From NCBI GenBank assembly GCA_963714055.1, contig OY970227.1, forward strand, positions 1,141,330 to 1,205,329: DNA of 64,000 nucleotides. Reading direction: 5' to 3'. Within the stretch, counting starts at the first letter, position 1; every line of letters starts with the position of its first letter. The position numbers and the translations under genes were made by a program. Source of the stretch: an uncultured Acidimicrobiia bacterium. GTDB taxonomy: Bacteria > Actinomycetota > Acidimicrobiia > Spongiisociales > UBA5794. Positions 53,633 to 64,000 of the stretch are shown here, piece after piece. Under the pieces are notes generated by a model that saw only the letters and a program-made list of their open reading frames with translations, was not told where the DNA came from and made no database searches.

Positions 53633-54715
53633 TCACGCTCTCCGGTGGGCCACCAGCACGCGGAAGTCGCCGAGGCCCCTGGGGTGGAGCAGGGTGGCGG
53701 CGTCGGTGTGCTCGGACCGGACCTGGAGACGCCGCATCGGGTCGCCGCCGGCCGCCAGTTCCCGCTCCTCGGAGACCAGCCGGTCGATCTCGTCGGCGAG
53801 TCCCCAGCGCTCCAGGAACTCGGCCTGGGAGACCAGCCCGACCCTGGCGTGCGCCCGCTCCGCGGCGGCGGCCGCGGCGGTGAAGTTCACGTCCATGGTG
53901 ATGTCGGTGGCGCCGGGCTCGAGCAGCGGGTCGGGGCCGAGGTGGTGGCCGCGATAGGTGCGCACCGTCCCCTCCACCCGGCGCGGCGCCAGCCCGGCGG
54001 CGGTGTTCCCGTAGTCGAAGGCCACCAGGGCGCCGCGGCGAAGGCGGCGTAGCACGCCGGTGACCCAGCGGGACGCCTCCAGCTGCACCTCGACGATCCC
54101 GCCTTCGGGGACCGGGCCGGCGAACCGGTCGGCCCAGGTCACGACCTCGGGGCGGGGGTGGGCGGCCACCAGGGCGAGCGCCCCGTCGACCAGCCCGACG
54201 TGGCGCTCCTCCCAGCCGTCGCCGGAGCGGGCCGCCAGCGCCGCCGGCAGGTTGTCGAGCAGCTCGTTGGCGACGACGACCGCACTCCTCCCACCTGCCA
54301 TGGGCACCTCGTCCATGTGCTGGTGAACGGTCAACCCCGGGATCGCCCGCAGTGAGTGCCGCGCCGCCGGCGACACCTCGACTGCGTGGGCATCGACCGG
54401 GACCTCGAGGTCCGACAGGGTGGCCAGCAGGGGGCGGAGCAGCGAACCGGACCCGGCCCCGGCGTCGACCACGGTGACCGGGTGGCGCCGGTCACCGGCC
54501 ACGCCGGCCACGAACCGGGCGACGATCCTCCCGAACCAGGGGCTGACCTCGGGCGAGGTGAGGAAGTCGCCGCCGGCCACCGACCGCAGCGGGCCGGTGG
54601 CGAAGTAGCCGTGCTCGACGTCGTACAGGGAGATGCGCATGAACTCGTCGAACGGGATCGGCCCGGTGGCGACGATGCGGGCGGACAGGGCGGCGACGAG
54701 CGGGGCGCTCATCAC
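53633..54715 (-). CDS. MidA/NDUFAF7-family SAM-dependent methyltransferase (DUF185)
   Basis: 360 aa. VVDAGAGSGSL SAM motif and family-typical PEVSPWFG and ANELLDNLP. Confidence 0.65.
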   Translation of the reverse strand: MMSAPLVAALSARIVATGPIPFDEFMRISLYDVEHGYFATGPLRSVAGGDFLTSPEVSPWFGRIVARFVAGVAGDRRHPVTVVDAGAGSGSLLRPLLATLSDLEVPVDAHAVEVSPAARHSLRAIPGLTVHQHMDEVPMAGGRSAVVVANELLDNLPAALAARSGDGWEERHVGLVDGALALVAAHPRPEVVTWADRFAGPVPEGGIVEVQLEASRWVTGVLRRLRRGALVAFDYGNTAAGLAPRRVEGTVRTYRGHHLGPDPLLEPGATDITMDVNFTAAAAAAERAHARVGLVSQAEFLERWGLADEIDRLVSEERELAAGGDPMRRLQVRSEHTDAATLLHPRGLGDFRVLVAHRRA

Positions 54716-54737
54716 CGTGTCACCGGCATCGGCCCGA

Positions 54738-56258
54738 TCAGGGAGCGGCGGCGATGGTGCTCGCCAGCTCCCCGATGGCGGCGGCCACCGGGGGATAGAA
54801 CCCGATGAGCACGACGCCCACCGCGGTCAGGGCGAGGGCGAACCGCAGCGGGGGCGCCACCGAGATACCCACCCGGCGGTACTCGCCGGCGGGGATGTGG
54901 GTCGGCACCGGGTCGAACCAGGCCGCCTTGATCACCTTGGCGTAGTAGTAGAACGCCACCACCGAGTTGACCGCGGCGATCACCGCCAGCGTCGTCGCCC
55001 AGCCGGAGTCGACCCCCATCACCGAGGTGAACATCACCAGCTTGGCGAACCACCCGGCGAGCGGCGGGATCCCGGCCAGCGAGGCGAAGAACAATGCGAG
55101 CAGCGCAGCGAGCCCGGGGGCGTAGGTGCCCAGCCCGGCCCAGTCGGCGATGGCGGTGCTCTTCAATCTGTTGGCGCCGGCGATGACGACGGCGAAGGCC
55201 CCGAGGTTCATCACGGCATAGATCACCAGGTAGGTGACCGTGGCGAAGAAGGCGGTCTGCAGCTGGTCGAGGCTGACGTCGGCGGCGACGGCGGCGCCGA
55301 ACGGGACCAGGATGAACCCGCCCTGGGCGATCGACGAGTAGCCGAGAAGACGGACGATGTCGTCCTGGCGCAAGGCGATCAGGTTGCCGGCGGTCATCGA
55401 CACCGCCGCCAGGATCCACAGCATCGGGCCCCAGATATCGCGCAGGTGCACGAACGCCAGGTAGCACATCGCCAGGAGGCCGACGAAGCCGGCGGTCTTC
55501 GACACCACCGACAGGTAGGCGGTCACCGGGATCGGGGCCCCCTGGTACGTGTCCGGTGTCCAGTAGTGGAACGGCACCGCCGACACCTTGAAGGCGAAGC
55601 CGAGCAGGGTGAGGATCACCCCGACGGTGAGCAGCGGGCTGCTGGCGATCCCCTCGGTTGCCTGGCGGATCCCGGCGAAGGTCAGCTGACCGGTGAAGCC
55701 GTACACCAGGGTCATGCCGAACAGCATGAGGGCGGCGGACAGCACGCCGATGATGAAGTACTTGAGCGCCGCCTCGTTGGAGCGAGGGTCCCCCTTGCGC
55801 CACCCGGCCATGAGGAACGTCGGCCCGGTGACCAGCTCGAGCCCGACGAAGAGGGTCACCAGGTCGCGGCTCGACGCCATCACCACCGCCCCCAGCGCCG
55901 AGCACAGCATGAGGAAGTAGAACTCGCCCTGCCAGTAACGCTCCTGCTCCAGGTAGCCGACCGACAGCAGGACGGCGACGAAGGTGGCCGCCAGGAACAC
56001 CCCCTTGAGGACCAGGGCGAAGGTGTCGACGGCGTACGAGTCGCCCAGCATCAGCCGGTCGCCGGTCGAGGTGCAGAAGTCGAGCGACTCGCAGAAGCCG
56101 AGGGTGAGCACCGGCACGAAGGCGAGGAACAGGCCGATCAGCGCCACGACGGCGGTCCAGTACTTGGGGAAGGACAGCAGGTCGACCACCAGCACCGCCA
56201 CCAGGGCTGAGGCGAGGACGATCTCCGGGAGGAGGGCGTGGTAGTCGAGCGCGGGCAC
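54738..56258 (-). CDS. nuoN: NADH-quinone oxidoreductase subunit N (GTG start)
   Basis: 506-aa C-terminal part of run-on tool ORF 54738..58724. Polytopic antiporter-like subunit. Confidence 0.85.
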   Translation of the reverse strand: MPALDYHALLPEIVLASALVAVLVVDLLSFPKYWTAVVALIGLFLAFVPVLTLGFCESLDFCTSTGDRLMLGDSYAVDTFALVLKGVFLAATFVAVLLSVGYLEQERYWQGEFYFLMLCSALGAVVMASSRDLVTLFVGLELVTGPTFLMAGWRKGDPRSNEAALKYFIIGVLSAALMLFGMTLVYGFTGQLTFAGIRQATEGIASSPLLTVGVILTLLGFAFKVSAVPFHYWTPDTYQGAPIPVTAYLSVVSKTAGFVGLLAMCYLAFVHLRDIWGPMLWILAAVSMTAGNLIALRQDDIVRLLGYSSIAQGGFILVPFGAAVAADVSLDQLQTAFFATVTYLVIYAVMNLGAFAVVIAGANRLKSTAIADWAGLGTYAPGLAALLALFFASLAGIPPLAGWFAKLVMFTSVMGVDSGWATTLAVIAAVNSVVAFYYYAKVIKAAWFDPVPTHIPAGEYRRVGISVAPPLRFALALTAVGVVLIGFYPPVAAAIGELASTIAAAP

Positions 56259-56260
56259 GG

Positions 56261-57832
56261 TCAGCCCCCGAACACCGACTGCACCATGGCGGCCACCGCG
56301 TCGTTGGTGGCGCCGAACACCACGTTGGGGAACACCCCGATGGCGATGATGGTGACCACCAGCGGGACCCACGCCGCCATCTCCCAACGGTCCACGTCGT
56401 GGAAGTCGTGACCTTCCCACTCGGCGCCGGGCTCGCCGAAGTTGACCTTCTGCAACATCCACAGGAAGTAGCCGGCGGCGAGCACGGTGCCGATGGCGCC
56501 GACCACCATCAGGGTGCGGAACAGCGACGTGCTCAACCCTTCCAGCGGGTTGAACGATGCCAGCAGCGACATGAACTCGCCCCAGAACCCGGCGAGCCCG
56601 GGCAGGCCGAGGGAGGCCATGCAGGTGAACCCGAGAATGGCCCCCATGATCGGCATCAGCTTCTGGTTGCCGCCGAGGCGGGCCATCTCCCTGGTGTGGT
56701 AGCGGTGTGACATCGACCCGGCCAGGAAGAAGAGCAGCCCGGTGATGACCCCGTGGGCCACCATCCCGATGATGGCGGCGTTGATCCCGATGTCGGTGAG
56801 GGTGGCGATGCCGAGCATCACGAACCCCATGTGGCCTACCGACGAGAAGGCGATGAGCCGTTTCATGTCGGTCTGGGCGAGACAGGCCAGCGATGCGTAG
56901 ATGATCCCGATCACCGCCAGGATCCCGATGAGCGGCGCCCAGTCCCGGGCCTCTGCCGGGAGGATGGGCAGCGAGATGCGCACGAACCCGTAGGTGCCCA
57001 GCTTCAGCAGGATGGCCGCCAGCAGCACCGAACCGACGGTGGGGGCGGCGGTGTGGGCGTCGGGGAGCCAGGTGTGCAGCGGGAACATCGGCACCTTCAC
57101 GGCGAACCCCAGGAACAGGGCGGCGAACACCCAGAAGGCGAAGGTGCCGGTGAAGAGGCCGCTGCGAGCGGTGAGCTCGACGATGTCGAAGGTGCGCTCC
57201 TCGCCGCCGTCCCCCGAGCGGAAGTACAGCACCAGGAAACCGAGCAGCATCAGCGCCGACCCGAAGAAGGTGAACAGGAAGAACTTGATGGCGGCGTACA
57301 GCCGCATCTCGGTCACCCGCCGGAACACCGGGAGGGTCACCGGGTTGCGGTCGCCCCAGATGCCGATCATGAAGTACATGGGCAGGAGGACCACCTCGAA
57401 GAACACGAAGAAGAGGATGAGGTCGAGCGCCACGAAGGTCCCCGTCATCCCGGTGGCGAGCACCAGGATCAGGATGAGGAACGCCTTGGGGTTGTGCGGG
57501 TCGGGCCAGTGCTCCCACGAGTACACGATGGCGAGGACCGTGATGAACGTGGACAGCACCAGGAGCGGCAAGCTGATCCCGTCGACCCCGATGTGGTAGT
57601 TGGAGTTGATCACCTCGATCCACTCGAGGTCGGTGCCGAACTGATACTGGGCGGCGTTGGAGAAGTCGAAGGCGAAGATGAGCGCCACCGAGAGCAGGAA
57701 CGAGGCACCGGCGAAGGCCAGCGCCACCACCTTGTGGAGTTGCTCGTTGGCCCTGGGGACCGCCAGCAGCACCCCGGCCCCCACCATCGGTAGGAAGACC
57801 ACGGCGCTGAGACCCCATCCGTTCTCCAACAT
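56261..57832 (-). CDS. nuoM: NADH-quinone oxidoreductase subunit M
   Basis: 523 aa. Confidence 0.9.
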   Translation of the reverse strand: MLENGWGLSAVVFLPMVGAGVLLAVPRANEQLHKVVALAFAGASFLLSVALIFAFDFSNAAQYQFGTDLEWIEVINSNYHIGVDGISLPLLVLSTFITVLAIVYSWEHWPDPHNPKAFLILILVLATGMTGTFVALDLILFFVFFEVVLLPMYFMIGIWGDRNPVTLPVFRRVTEMRLYAAIKFFLFTFFGSALMLLGFLVLYFRSGDGGEERTFDIVELTARSGLFTGTFAFWVFAALFLGFAVKVPMFPLHTWLPDAHTAAPTVGSVLLAAILLKLGTYGFVRISLPILPAEARDWAPLIGILAVIGIIYASLACLAQTDMKRLIAFSSVGHMGFVMLGIATLTDIGINAAIIGMVAHGVITGLLFFLAGSMSHRYHTREMARLGGNQKLMPIMGAILGFTCMASLGLPGLAGFWGEFMSLLASFNPLEGLSTSLFRTLMVVGAIGTVLAAGYFLWMLQKVNFGEPGAEWEGHDFHDVDRWEMAAWVPLVVTIIAIGVFPNVVFGATNDAVAAMVQSVFGG

Positions 57833-57841
57833 GCGTCCCTC

Positions 57842-59929
57842 CTATAGGAAGATGACGAACCCCGCTACCAGGACAACCGTCCCGGCGACCGCCCCGACGG
57901 CGTACTGCTGGACCAACCCGGTCTGGGTCCGCCGCAACAACCCTCCGCTCGCCCCGGTGACCGCCCCGGCGGCGTTGATCGCCCCGTCGACCCCCTCCTG
58001 GTCGAAGGCGTAGACATAGCGGCCCGCCCACCGGGCGGCGATGCCGGCACCGTTGATCACGAAGTCGATGACGTGCCCGTTGAACCAGTCCACGGCGGCG
58101 GCCACCGGCCCCCTCACGGGACGGATGATGCCGTCCATGTAGAAGTCGTCGATGTAGTACCGGTTCGCCAGCAACGGGTAGAGCACGGGGACGTTGAAAC
58201 GGTCGCGTTCGAGTTGGGTGTCGCGGTCCGGGTACCAGATCCGGTAGCCGAGGAAGATCCCGGTCAGCCCGGCCGCCGAGCCGAGGATCACCGCCACCCA
58301 GTCGAACCCGGTGGCGTGGTGCTCCACCACCGGGTTGAACCTGGCGCCGACCAGGTCGGTGAAGAGCTCGGTGATCCCGGGGATGTTGATCCACCCGGCC
58401 ACGATCGAGAACCCGGCAAGCGCCGCCAGCGGCAACCACATGATCCGCGGCGACTCGTGGGGATGGGCGTGGCCCCGGTAGGTGCCGAAGAACGTGAGGA
58501 ACACGGCCCTGGCCATGTAGAGGGCGGTGATGAAGGCGCCGAGCACCGCGAGCACGAAGACGACGTTGGCCAGGGCGGCGCCGCCTTGGGCCGCGGTGAG
58601 CCCGGACTCTGCCGAACCTGCGTAGCGGAACGACGCCAGGATCTCGTCCTTGGCGAAGAACCCGGCGAGGGGGAAGATCCCGATGAGCGCCAGCGACCCG
58701 ACGATGAACGTGCGGAACGTCCACGGCATGTCCTTGCGCAGACCGCCCATGTCGGACATGTTGTTGGAGTGGACAGAGTGGATCACCGACCCGGCGCCCA
58801 GGAAGAGCAGGGCCTTGAAGAAGGCGTGGGTGAACAGGAGGAACAGCCCGGCGGTGTAGGCGCCTGCCCCCATCGCCGCCGTCATGTAGCCGAGTTGGGC
58901 GAGCGTCGAGTAGGCAAGCACCCGTTTGATGTCGTCCTGGACGAGGGCGATGAGCCCGGTGAGGAACAGGGTGAGCGCCCCGATGGTCAGGATGACCCAG
59001 CGCACGTCCTCGGCCATCCCCTCAGTGGCATAGAGGGGGTAGACCCGGCCCACCAGATAGACCCCTGCGGTGACCATGGTGGCGGCGTGCATCAGGGCCG
59101 ACACCGGGGTGGGGCCGGCCATGGCGTCGGGCAGCCAGACGTGGAGCGGGAACTGGGCGGACTTCCCCATGGCGCCGATGAAGATCGCCAGCCCCGCCCA
59201 GAAGGCGTATCGGGCCAGGGTTGGAGCGCCGTCTTCCACCCCATGGAGGATGTCGGTGAAGCGGAAGGACCCGACCGACACCGAAAGGATGATGGCGCCG
59301 ATGAACAACCCGACGTCGGCCACCTTGTTGGTGAGAAAAGCCTTGATCGCCGCCGACGAGTTCTCGTGCTCCTCCCAGTAGTGGCCGATGAGCAGCCAGG
59401 ACGAGACCCCGACCAGCTCCCAGCCCACGATGAGCTGGATGAGGTTGGGGGCCGACACCAGGACCAGCATCCCCCCGGCGAACAGCGTGAAGGAGGCGAA
59501 GAACCAGGTGAACCGGACGTCCCCCTCCATGTACCCCTTGGCGTAGAGAAACACGAGGAAGCCCACCACCCCGACCAGGAAGTACATCATCGTGGACAGC
59601 CCGTCGACCATCCATCCCCACTCGATGGCGAACGACCCGATGCGGGCGATCTCCACCGCCCCCTCGTACCCGATCGGCTCGACGACCTGGCTGACGAGCA
59701 GCGCCGTGCCGTAGAGCGCCTCGAAGGCCATCACCCCGATGGCAACCTCCCACCCCTTGTACGGAAACCGCTTCCCGAACAGGGCGATGACGAAGGCGGC
59801 CACCATCGGGACCAGCGGGATGAGCCAGGCGCCGGCGGCGAGCCACCCGCCGGTGGACAGCTCCACCGCGTGGGCCTCCTCGGCCGCCAGGGCCACCGAG
59901 CCGGCCAGGGGGGCGAGCAGCACGTTCAC
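57842..59929 (-). CDS. nuoL: NADH-quinone oxidoreductase subunit L (GTG start overlapping nuoK stop)
   Basis: 695 aa, antiporter-like with long C-terminal amphipathic helix region. Confidence 0.9.
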   Translation of the reverse strand: MNVLLAPLAGSVALAAEEAHAVELSTGGWLAAGAWLIPLVPMVAAFVIALFGKRFPYKGWEVAIGVMAFEALYGTALLVSQVVEPIGYEGAVEIARIGSFAIEWGWMVDGLSTMMYFLVGVVGFLVFLYAKGYMEGDVRFTWFFASFTLFAGGMLVLVSAPNLIQLIVGWELVGVSSWLLIGHYWEEHENSSAAIKAFLTNKVADVGLFIGAIILSVSVGSFRFTDILHGVEDGAPTLARYAFWAGLAIFIGAMGKSAQFPLHVWLPDAMAGPTPVSALMHAATMVTAGVYLVGRVYPLYATEGMAEDVRWVILTIGALTLFLTGLIALVQDDIKRVLAYSTLAQLGYMTAAMGAGAYTAGLFLLFTHAFFKALLFLGAGSVIHSVHSNNMSDMGGLRKDMPWTFRTFIVGSLALIGIFPLAGFFAKDEILASFRYAGSAESGLTAAQGGAALANVVFVLAVLGAFITALYMARAVFLTFFGTYRGHAHPHESPRIMWLPLAALAGFSIVAGWINIPGITELFTDLVGARFNPVVEHHATGFDWVAVILGSAAGLTGIFLGYRIWYPDRDTQLERDRFNVPVLYPLLANRYYIDDFYMDGIIRPVRGPVAAAVDWFNGHVIDFVINGAGIAARWAGRYVYAFDQEGVDGAINAAGAVTGASGGLLRRTQTGLVQQYAVGAVAGTVVLVAGFVIFL

Positions 59930-60231
59930 AGCTTCAGCAGGTCCAGGTCGTCGACGTTGGCGGTGCGGCGGTTGCGGAAGATCAGCAGGACGATGGCCAG
60001 CCCGATCCCGACCTCGGCGGCGCTGACGGCGATGGTGAACAGGGCGAACACCTGGCCGCCGGCGACCACGTCGCCGAGCTGCCGGTCGAAGGCCACCAGG
60101 TTGAGGCTGACCGCCGCCAGCATCAGCTCCACCGACAGGAGTACCAGCACGGCGTTGCGGCGGGTGAGCACCCCGTAGACGCCGATCGAGAACAGGGCGG
60201 CGCCGACCAGCACGAACTGAGTGAGGGTCAC
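59926..60231 (-). CDS. nuoK: NADH-quinone oxidoreductase subunit K
   Basis: 101 aa starting [28 protein letters not shown]. Confidence 0.9.
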   Translation of the reverse strand: MTLTQFVLVGAALFSIGVYGVLTRRNAVLVLLSVELMLAAVSLNLVAFDRQLGDVVAGGQVFALFTIAVSAAEVGIGLAIVLLIFRNRRTANVDDLDLLKL

Positions 60232-60773
60232 AGCCCCGGCTCCCCGCTCGCCGGATCCTTGCGGGCCAGCACGATCCCACCGATCAGCGCGGCGAGCAGC
60301 AGCACCGACACCACCTCGAACGGGATGACGAAACGGGTGAACAACACCTCGCCGAGAGCACCGGTGCGGGTGGCGTCCACCGGCTCGGTCAGGGCCTCGG
60401 CGCCGAACGCCTCGATCGTCGCCCCGCCCACCAGGACGAACAGGGCGAAGGACACCAGGGCGGCGCCGATCTTCACGTTGCGCGGGTGGCTCAGGGTCGG
60501 CTCGTGGTCCATCGGCGCCCGGGTCACCATGATCCCGAACAGGAACAGGACGACCACGGCGCCGATAGAGATGAGCACCACCGTCCAGGCGACGAACTCG
60601 GCGCCGAGCAGCACGAGCATGGCGGCCAGGCCCCCCAGGGTGACCGCCAGATAGAGGGCGGCATGGACGATGTGGGTGGTGGAGACCAGCTTGAGCGCGC
60701 CCACCACCATCACCGTGGCGAAGGCCAGGAACACCCAATTCTCCGGGGTGGACAGCCAATCGGAGAAGCTCAC
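60228..60773 (-). CDS. nuoJ: NADH-quinone oxidoreductase subunit J (GTG start after GGAGG)
   Basis: 181 aa. Confidence 0.85.
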   Translation of the reverse strand: MSFSDWLSTPENWVFLAFATVMVVGALKLVSTTHIVHAALYLAVTLGGLAAMLVLLGAEFVAWTVVLISIGAVVVLFLFGIMVTRAPMDHEPTLSHPRNVKIGAALVSFALFVLVGGATIEAFGAEALTEPVDATRTGALGEVLFTRFVIPFEVVSVLLLAALIGGIVLARKDPASGEPGL

Positions 60774-61255
60774 GAGGCCTCCAATGGGGGCGGGGCGGGC
60801 ACGGTGTCCAACCACTCGGTGAGCCGCTCCTTGTCGTGGAGCATGTCGGAGATCGAGAACTCGCTGTACTCGTAGTCGGGGCTCCAGAACAGGGCGTCGA
60901 AGGGGCAGACCTCGACGCAGATGCCGCAGTACATGCACAGGGCGTAGTCGATGTCGAACCGGTCGAGCTTCGACCGGGTCCGCACCCGGCCCCCCTCCTT
61001 CTCCGGCGGGATCTCCTCCTTGTGGCCCTCGATGTAGATGCACCAGTCGGGGCACTCCCGAGCGCACAGCATGCAGACGGTGCACGCCTCGACGTCGAGG
61101 GCGATGACCCCCCGCGCCCGGGGCACCGGGACCTCCTTGACCACCGGGTACTGCACGGTGGGCACCCGGGTGACCATCGCCTTGATGGTCACCTTCATGC
61201 CCTTCAGCAGCCCTCCGAGCGGGAGCCTGGCCGAGTTGCGTTCCACGTCGGTCAT
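60770..61255 (-). CDS. nuoI: NADH-quinone oxidoreductase subunit I (2x[4Fe-4S])
   Basis: 161 aa with [12 protein letters not shown] and [12 protein letters not shown]. Confidence 0.9.
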   Translation of the reverse strand: MTDVERNSARLPLGGLLKGMKVTIKAMVTRVPTVQYPVVKEVPVPRARGVIALDVEACTVCMLCARECPDWCIYIEGHKEEIPPEKEGGRVRTRSKLDRFDIDYALCMYCGICVEVCPFDALFWSPDYEYSEFSISDMLHDKERLTEWLDTVPAPPPLEAS

Positions 61256-62265
61256 CAGAGCACCACCTTGAGGATCCCGGTGAGCACGATGTTGACCAGG
61301 GCGGCCGGGATCAGCCACTTCCACGCCAGGGTCTGCAGCTGGTCCTCCCGGAGCCTCGGGAACGTCCACCGGATCCAGATGAAGAGGAAGCAGATCAAGG
61401 CGACCTTGGCCAGCAGCACGACCGGGCCCACGAAGTTGAGCAGGTCCTCGGGGACGAAAGGCAGCCAGTACCCACCCAGGAACAGCGTGGCGATGATGGC
61501 GGCCAACGCCACCATGCCGGCGTACTCGCCGAGGAAGAACATCGTGAAGCGCAGCCCCGAGTACTCGGTGAGATATCCCATCGTGAGCTCGGACTCGGCG
61601 ATGGGCATGTCGAAGGGGATGCGGCTCAGCTCGGCCAGCCCGGCGGTGAGGAAGATGAGGAAACCGATGATCTGGCCCTTCAACACGAAGGGCAGCGCGA
61701 CGTCGAAGCTGCCGATGGTGAGTACCGGGTCGGCCTGGGCGTCCACGATCCCGTTGAGCGACATCGTGCCCGCCTGGACGGCCACGGCCACCGCCGCCAG
61801 CACCAGCGGGAGCTCGTAGGCGATGAGCTGGGCGGCGGCGCGCAGCCCACCGATCAGGGAGTACTTGTTGCCTGAAGACCAGCCCGCCATCAGCACGCCG
61901 AGGGTGGTCAGCGACGACACCGCCAGCAGGTAGAAGAGCCCCAGGTCGAGGTTCTCGGCGACCAGGTCGGGCCCGAAGGGCACGATGACGAAGACCGCCA
62001 GGGTCCCCATGAGCACGATGTACGGAGCCAGGCGGAACACCGTCGAGTCGGCGGCAGCGGGGACCAGGTCCTCCTTCTGCATGAACTTGAGCCCGTCGGC
62101 CAGCGGCTGCGCCCACCCGTACCGACCGCCGGCGAAGTACGGGCCGATGCGGCTCTGCATGTGCGCCGAGATCTTGAGCTCGCCGTAGATCACCACCAGG
62201 GCGCCGGGCAGCACCACGGCGAGGATCACGGCGACCTTGAGGAGCAGCTCGAGCCAGAAGTTCAT
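61255..62265 (-). CDS. nuoH: NADH-quinone oxidoreductase subunit H
   Basis: 336 aa from MNFWLELLLKV, 8 TM segments. Confidence 0.9.
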   Translation of the reverse strand: MNFWLELLLKVAVILAVVLPGALVVIYGELKISAHMQSRIGPYFAGGRYGWAQPLADGLKFMQKEDLVPAAADSTVFRLAPYIVLMGTLAVFVIVPFGPDLVAENLDLGLFYLLAVSSLTTLGVLMAGWSSGNKYSLIGGLRAAAQLIAYELPLVLAAVAVAVQAGTMSLNGIVDAQADPVLTIGSFDVALPFVLKGQIIGFLIFLTAGLAELSRIPFDMPIAESELTMGYLTEYSGLRFTMFFLGEYAGMVALAAIIATLFLGGYWLPFVPEDLLNFVGPVVLLAKVALICFLFIWIRWTFPRLREDQLQTLAWKWLIPAALVNIVLTGILKVVL

Positions 62266-63455
62266 CGGTCGACGTCCCCCAACACGAAGTCGAGGCTCCC
62301 CATGATGGCGACCAGGTCGGGGATCAGCGCCCCGGCGAGCACCCAGGGCAGCACCGACAGGTTGGAGAACGACGCCGACCGGATCTTCACCCGGTACGGC
62401 ATGCGGCCACCCTGGCTCACGATGTAGTACCCCATCTCCCCCTTGGGATTCTCGGCGCGGATGTAGGTCTCGCCTGCCGGCACCTTGAGGATGCGAGGTA
62501 CTTTCGCCTGCAGCGGGCCCGAGGGGATGCCGTCGATCGCCTGCTGGACGATCCGGGCGGCTTGGCGGATCTCCAGCAGCCGCACCACGTAACGGTCGTA
62601 GCAGTCCCCGTTGCGCCCAACCGGCACCTCGAAGTCCATCTCGGAGTAAGGCAGGACGTCCTCGTGCTTGCGCAGGTCGAATCCGATGCCCGAGGCGCGC
62701 AGGTTGCCGCCCGACATGCCGTACCCGAGGGCGACGTCGCCGGGGATGACCCCGACGCCGATGGTCCTCGCCTGGATCAGCTCGTTGCCGGTGACCAGCT
62801 CCTCGAGGTCGTCGCACACCGCGATCACGTCGTCCATGGCGTCACGGGTGCCCTGCAGGAACCCCTGGGGCAGGTCCTGGGAGACCTTCTTCTGCTCGGA
62901 CCCGCCGCCGGCAACCGGCTTGACCCCTCCGACGCGATTGAAGTTGGGGTGGAAACGCCCACCGGTGACGCCTTCGATGAGGTCGAGCACCCGCTCCCTT
63001 TCCCTGAGGGCGTGCATCAGCGGCGTGGGTGCGCCCAGCTCCAGCGGGTAGGAAGACATGAACACGAGGTGCGACGAGATCCGCGCCATCTCGGTGAGGA
63101 TCATCCGGATGTATTGGGCCCGCGGGGGCGGCTCGATCCCGGCCAGCTCCTCCACGGCCCGGATGAACGGGATCTCGTTGGCGAAGCCGGACACCCAGTC
63201 GATCCGGTTGACCAGGGCGGTGATCTGGGCGTAGGTCCGGACCTCGGTCAGCTTCTCGTAGCCGCGGTGCATGTAGCCGATGACCGGCTCCACCGACACG
63301 ACCCTCTCCCCGTCGACCTTGGCCACCAGGCGGAGCACCCCGTGGGTCGAGGGGTGCTGGGGGCCGATGTTGAGGGTCATCTCCGGGGTCTCCAGCTCGA
63401 CCGAGACCGACGCCTCGGCGACGTGCATGGCGACTCGCGGGTCGAGAGTCGTCAC
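62262..63455 (-). CDS. nuoD: NADH-quinone oxidoreductase subunit D (GTG start)
   Basis: 397 aa, …TLNIGPQHPSTHGVLRL…. Confidence 0.9.
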   Translation of the reverse strand: MTTLDPRVAMHVAEASVSVELETPEMTLNIGPQHPSTHGVLRLVAKVDGERVVSVEPVIGYMHRGYEKLTEVRTYAQITALVNRIDWVSGFANEIPFIRAVEELAGIEPPPRAQYIRMILTEMARISSHLVFMSSYPLELGAPTPLMHALRERERVLDLIEGVTGGRFHPNFNRVGGVKPVAGGGSEQKKVSQDLPQGFLQGTRDAMDDVIAVCDDLEELVTGNELIQARTIGVGVIPGDVALGYGMSGGNLRASGIGFDLRKHEDVLPYSEMDFEVPVGRNGDCYDRYVVRLLEIRQAARIVQQAIDGIPSGPLQAKVPRILKVPAGETYIRAENPKGEMGYYIVSQGGRMPYRVKIRSASFSNLSVLPWVLAGALIPDLVAIMGSLDFVLGDVDR

Positions 63456-64000
63456 GCCTCGTCCTCCGCGGCGGCTTCGACTGCTTCGCCGTCCCCTGCC
63501 TCGACGTTCTCCGTCCCCGGCATCCCCTCGACGTCGACCGTGCCCGGCCACGGCTTGACCTCCCGGCTGAGCAGCGGGAAGTCCTTGCGCAGCGGATGAC
63601 CCTCGAACGAGTCGGGCAGGTACAGGTGGTTCTTGTTGGGGTTGCCCCGGAAGTCGAGGCCGAACATCTCGGCGGCCTCCCGCTCGTGCCAACCCGCCCC
63701 GGGCAGGATGTCGACGATCGACGGCATCCACGCGTCGTCCTTGGGGACGTCGGTGAAGATGATCATCGCCGAGGCGTCCGTCACCGAAGACAGCCGGCAC
63801 AGGACTTCGAACCGCTCCTCGAGCTGGTCGGAGGCCTCCGCCGGCTCACCGACCTGGACGTCGCGGGCCCAATCGACCGCAGAAAGCCAGCCGAAGAACG
63901 GAAGACGCCCGGATGCGGTGGCCACCGCACCGTGCCAGCGGTCGCGCCCGACCCGCACCTTCACGGTGCCGTGCTCGGCAGTCCACGAAGAGCCACCGAC
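63452..64000 (-). CDS. nuoC: NADH-quinone oxidoreductase subunit C (5' end beyond the window)
   Basis: …GWLSAVDWARD…HEREAAEMFGLDFRGNP… Its stop overlaps the nuoD start. Confidence 0.8.
   Translation of the reverse strand, partial: VGGSSWTAEHGTVKVRVGRDRWHGAVATASGRLPFFGWLSAVDWARDVQVGEPAEASDQLEERFEVLCRLSSVTDASAMIIFTDVPKDDAWMPSIVDILPGAGWHEREAAEMFGLDFRGNPNKNHLYLPDSFEGHPLRKDFPLLSREVKPWPGTVDVEGMPGTENVEAGDGEAVEAAAEDEA

Noticed and set aside
54738-58724. Single 1328-aa ORF fusing nuoN with upstream sequence
   Set aside because: Only the last 506 codons are NuoN. The remainder runs out of frame across nuoM and nuoL, which have their own intact frames and start/stop overlaps.

Overview
This is a high-GC (about 70%) window with actinomycete-type gene order that holds much of the core translation and transcription apparatus. 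Almost all core genes are on the minus strand.

Core loci, from low to high coordinates:
- map, adk, secY and the spc/S10 ribosomal cluster (rplO back to rpsJ), about 5.1-17.7 kb.
- The str operon rpsL-rpsG-fusA, 21.3-24.2 kb. tuf is not attached to it.
- rpoC and rpoB, 28.4-35.8 kb.
- rplL-rplJ, rplA-rplK, nusG, secE and tRNA-Trp, 36.2-40.7 kb.
- rpmG, tuf and a tRNA trio (Met/CAT, Thr/GGT and Tyr/GTA), 46.4-48.3 kb.
- NADH dehydrogenase genes nuoN back to nuoC, 54.7-64.0 kb. nuoC is cut by the window end.

Gene order resembles Mycobacterium in two places. An ECF sigma/anti-sigma pair follows map, like sigL-rslA. A double-hotdog MaoC/HadAB-like dehydratase sits between rpmG and tRNA-Trp-secE.

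Accessory blocks lie between the core loci:
- ATP-grasp, esterase, secreted protein and ECF sigma/anti-sigma, 1-5 kb.
- Polyamine-type substrate-binding protein, UspA and a broken amino-acid/polyamine-family (APC) permease, 18-21 kb.
- P-loop ATPase, sulfotransferase, M50 protease and GNAT acetyltransferase, 24.6-28.4 kb.
- arfB, a small basic ORF, MaoC, a hypothetical protein, a TPR-cyclase and a MerR/TipAS regulator, 41-46 kb.
- Lipoprotein, VapBC, HtpX and a 1018-aa S8 subtilase, 48.3-53.6 kb.
- A MidA-type methyltransferase downstream of nuoN.

Three notable signals are not explained by gene calls:
1. A dispersed family of GC-rich hairpin repeats (GGCCCTCCTCC-GCAG-rTGGGGCCCCTACCCCAy), copies in UTRs/spacers of translation-gene loci. 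Stem substitutions between copies are compensatory. One locus holds a 66-bp tandem array with 3.3 copies.
2. Long acidic low-complexity extensions on ribosomal protein S3 (C-terminal, about 240 aa), L10 (C-terminal, about 145 aa) and NusG (N-terminal, about 110 aa).
3. Several single-nucleotide frame disruptions: rplR, the rpsC tail, the anti-sigma gene and the APC permease (twice). They fall in essential genes and homopolymer/repeat tracts, so I treat them as probable assembly indels until checked.

On a few lines my hand-indexing of the printed sequence disagreed with the ORF-track coordinates by one nucleotide, so hand-derived coordinates are good to about +/-1 nt. No CRISPR array, integrase, transposase or rRNA gene was found.
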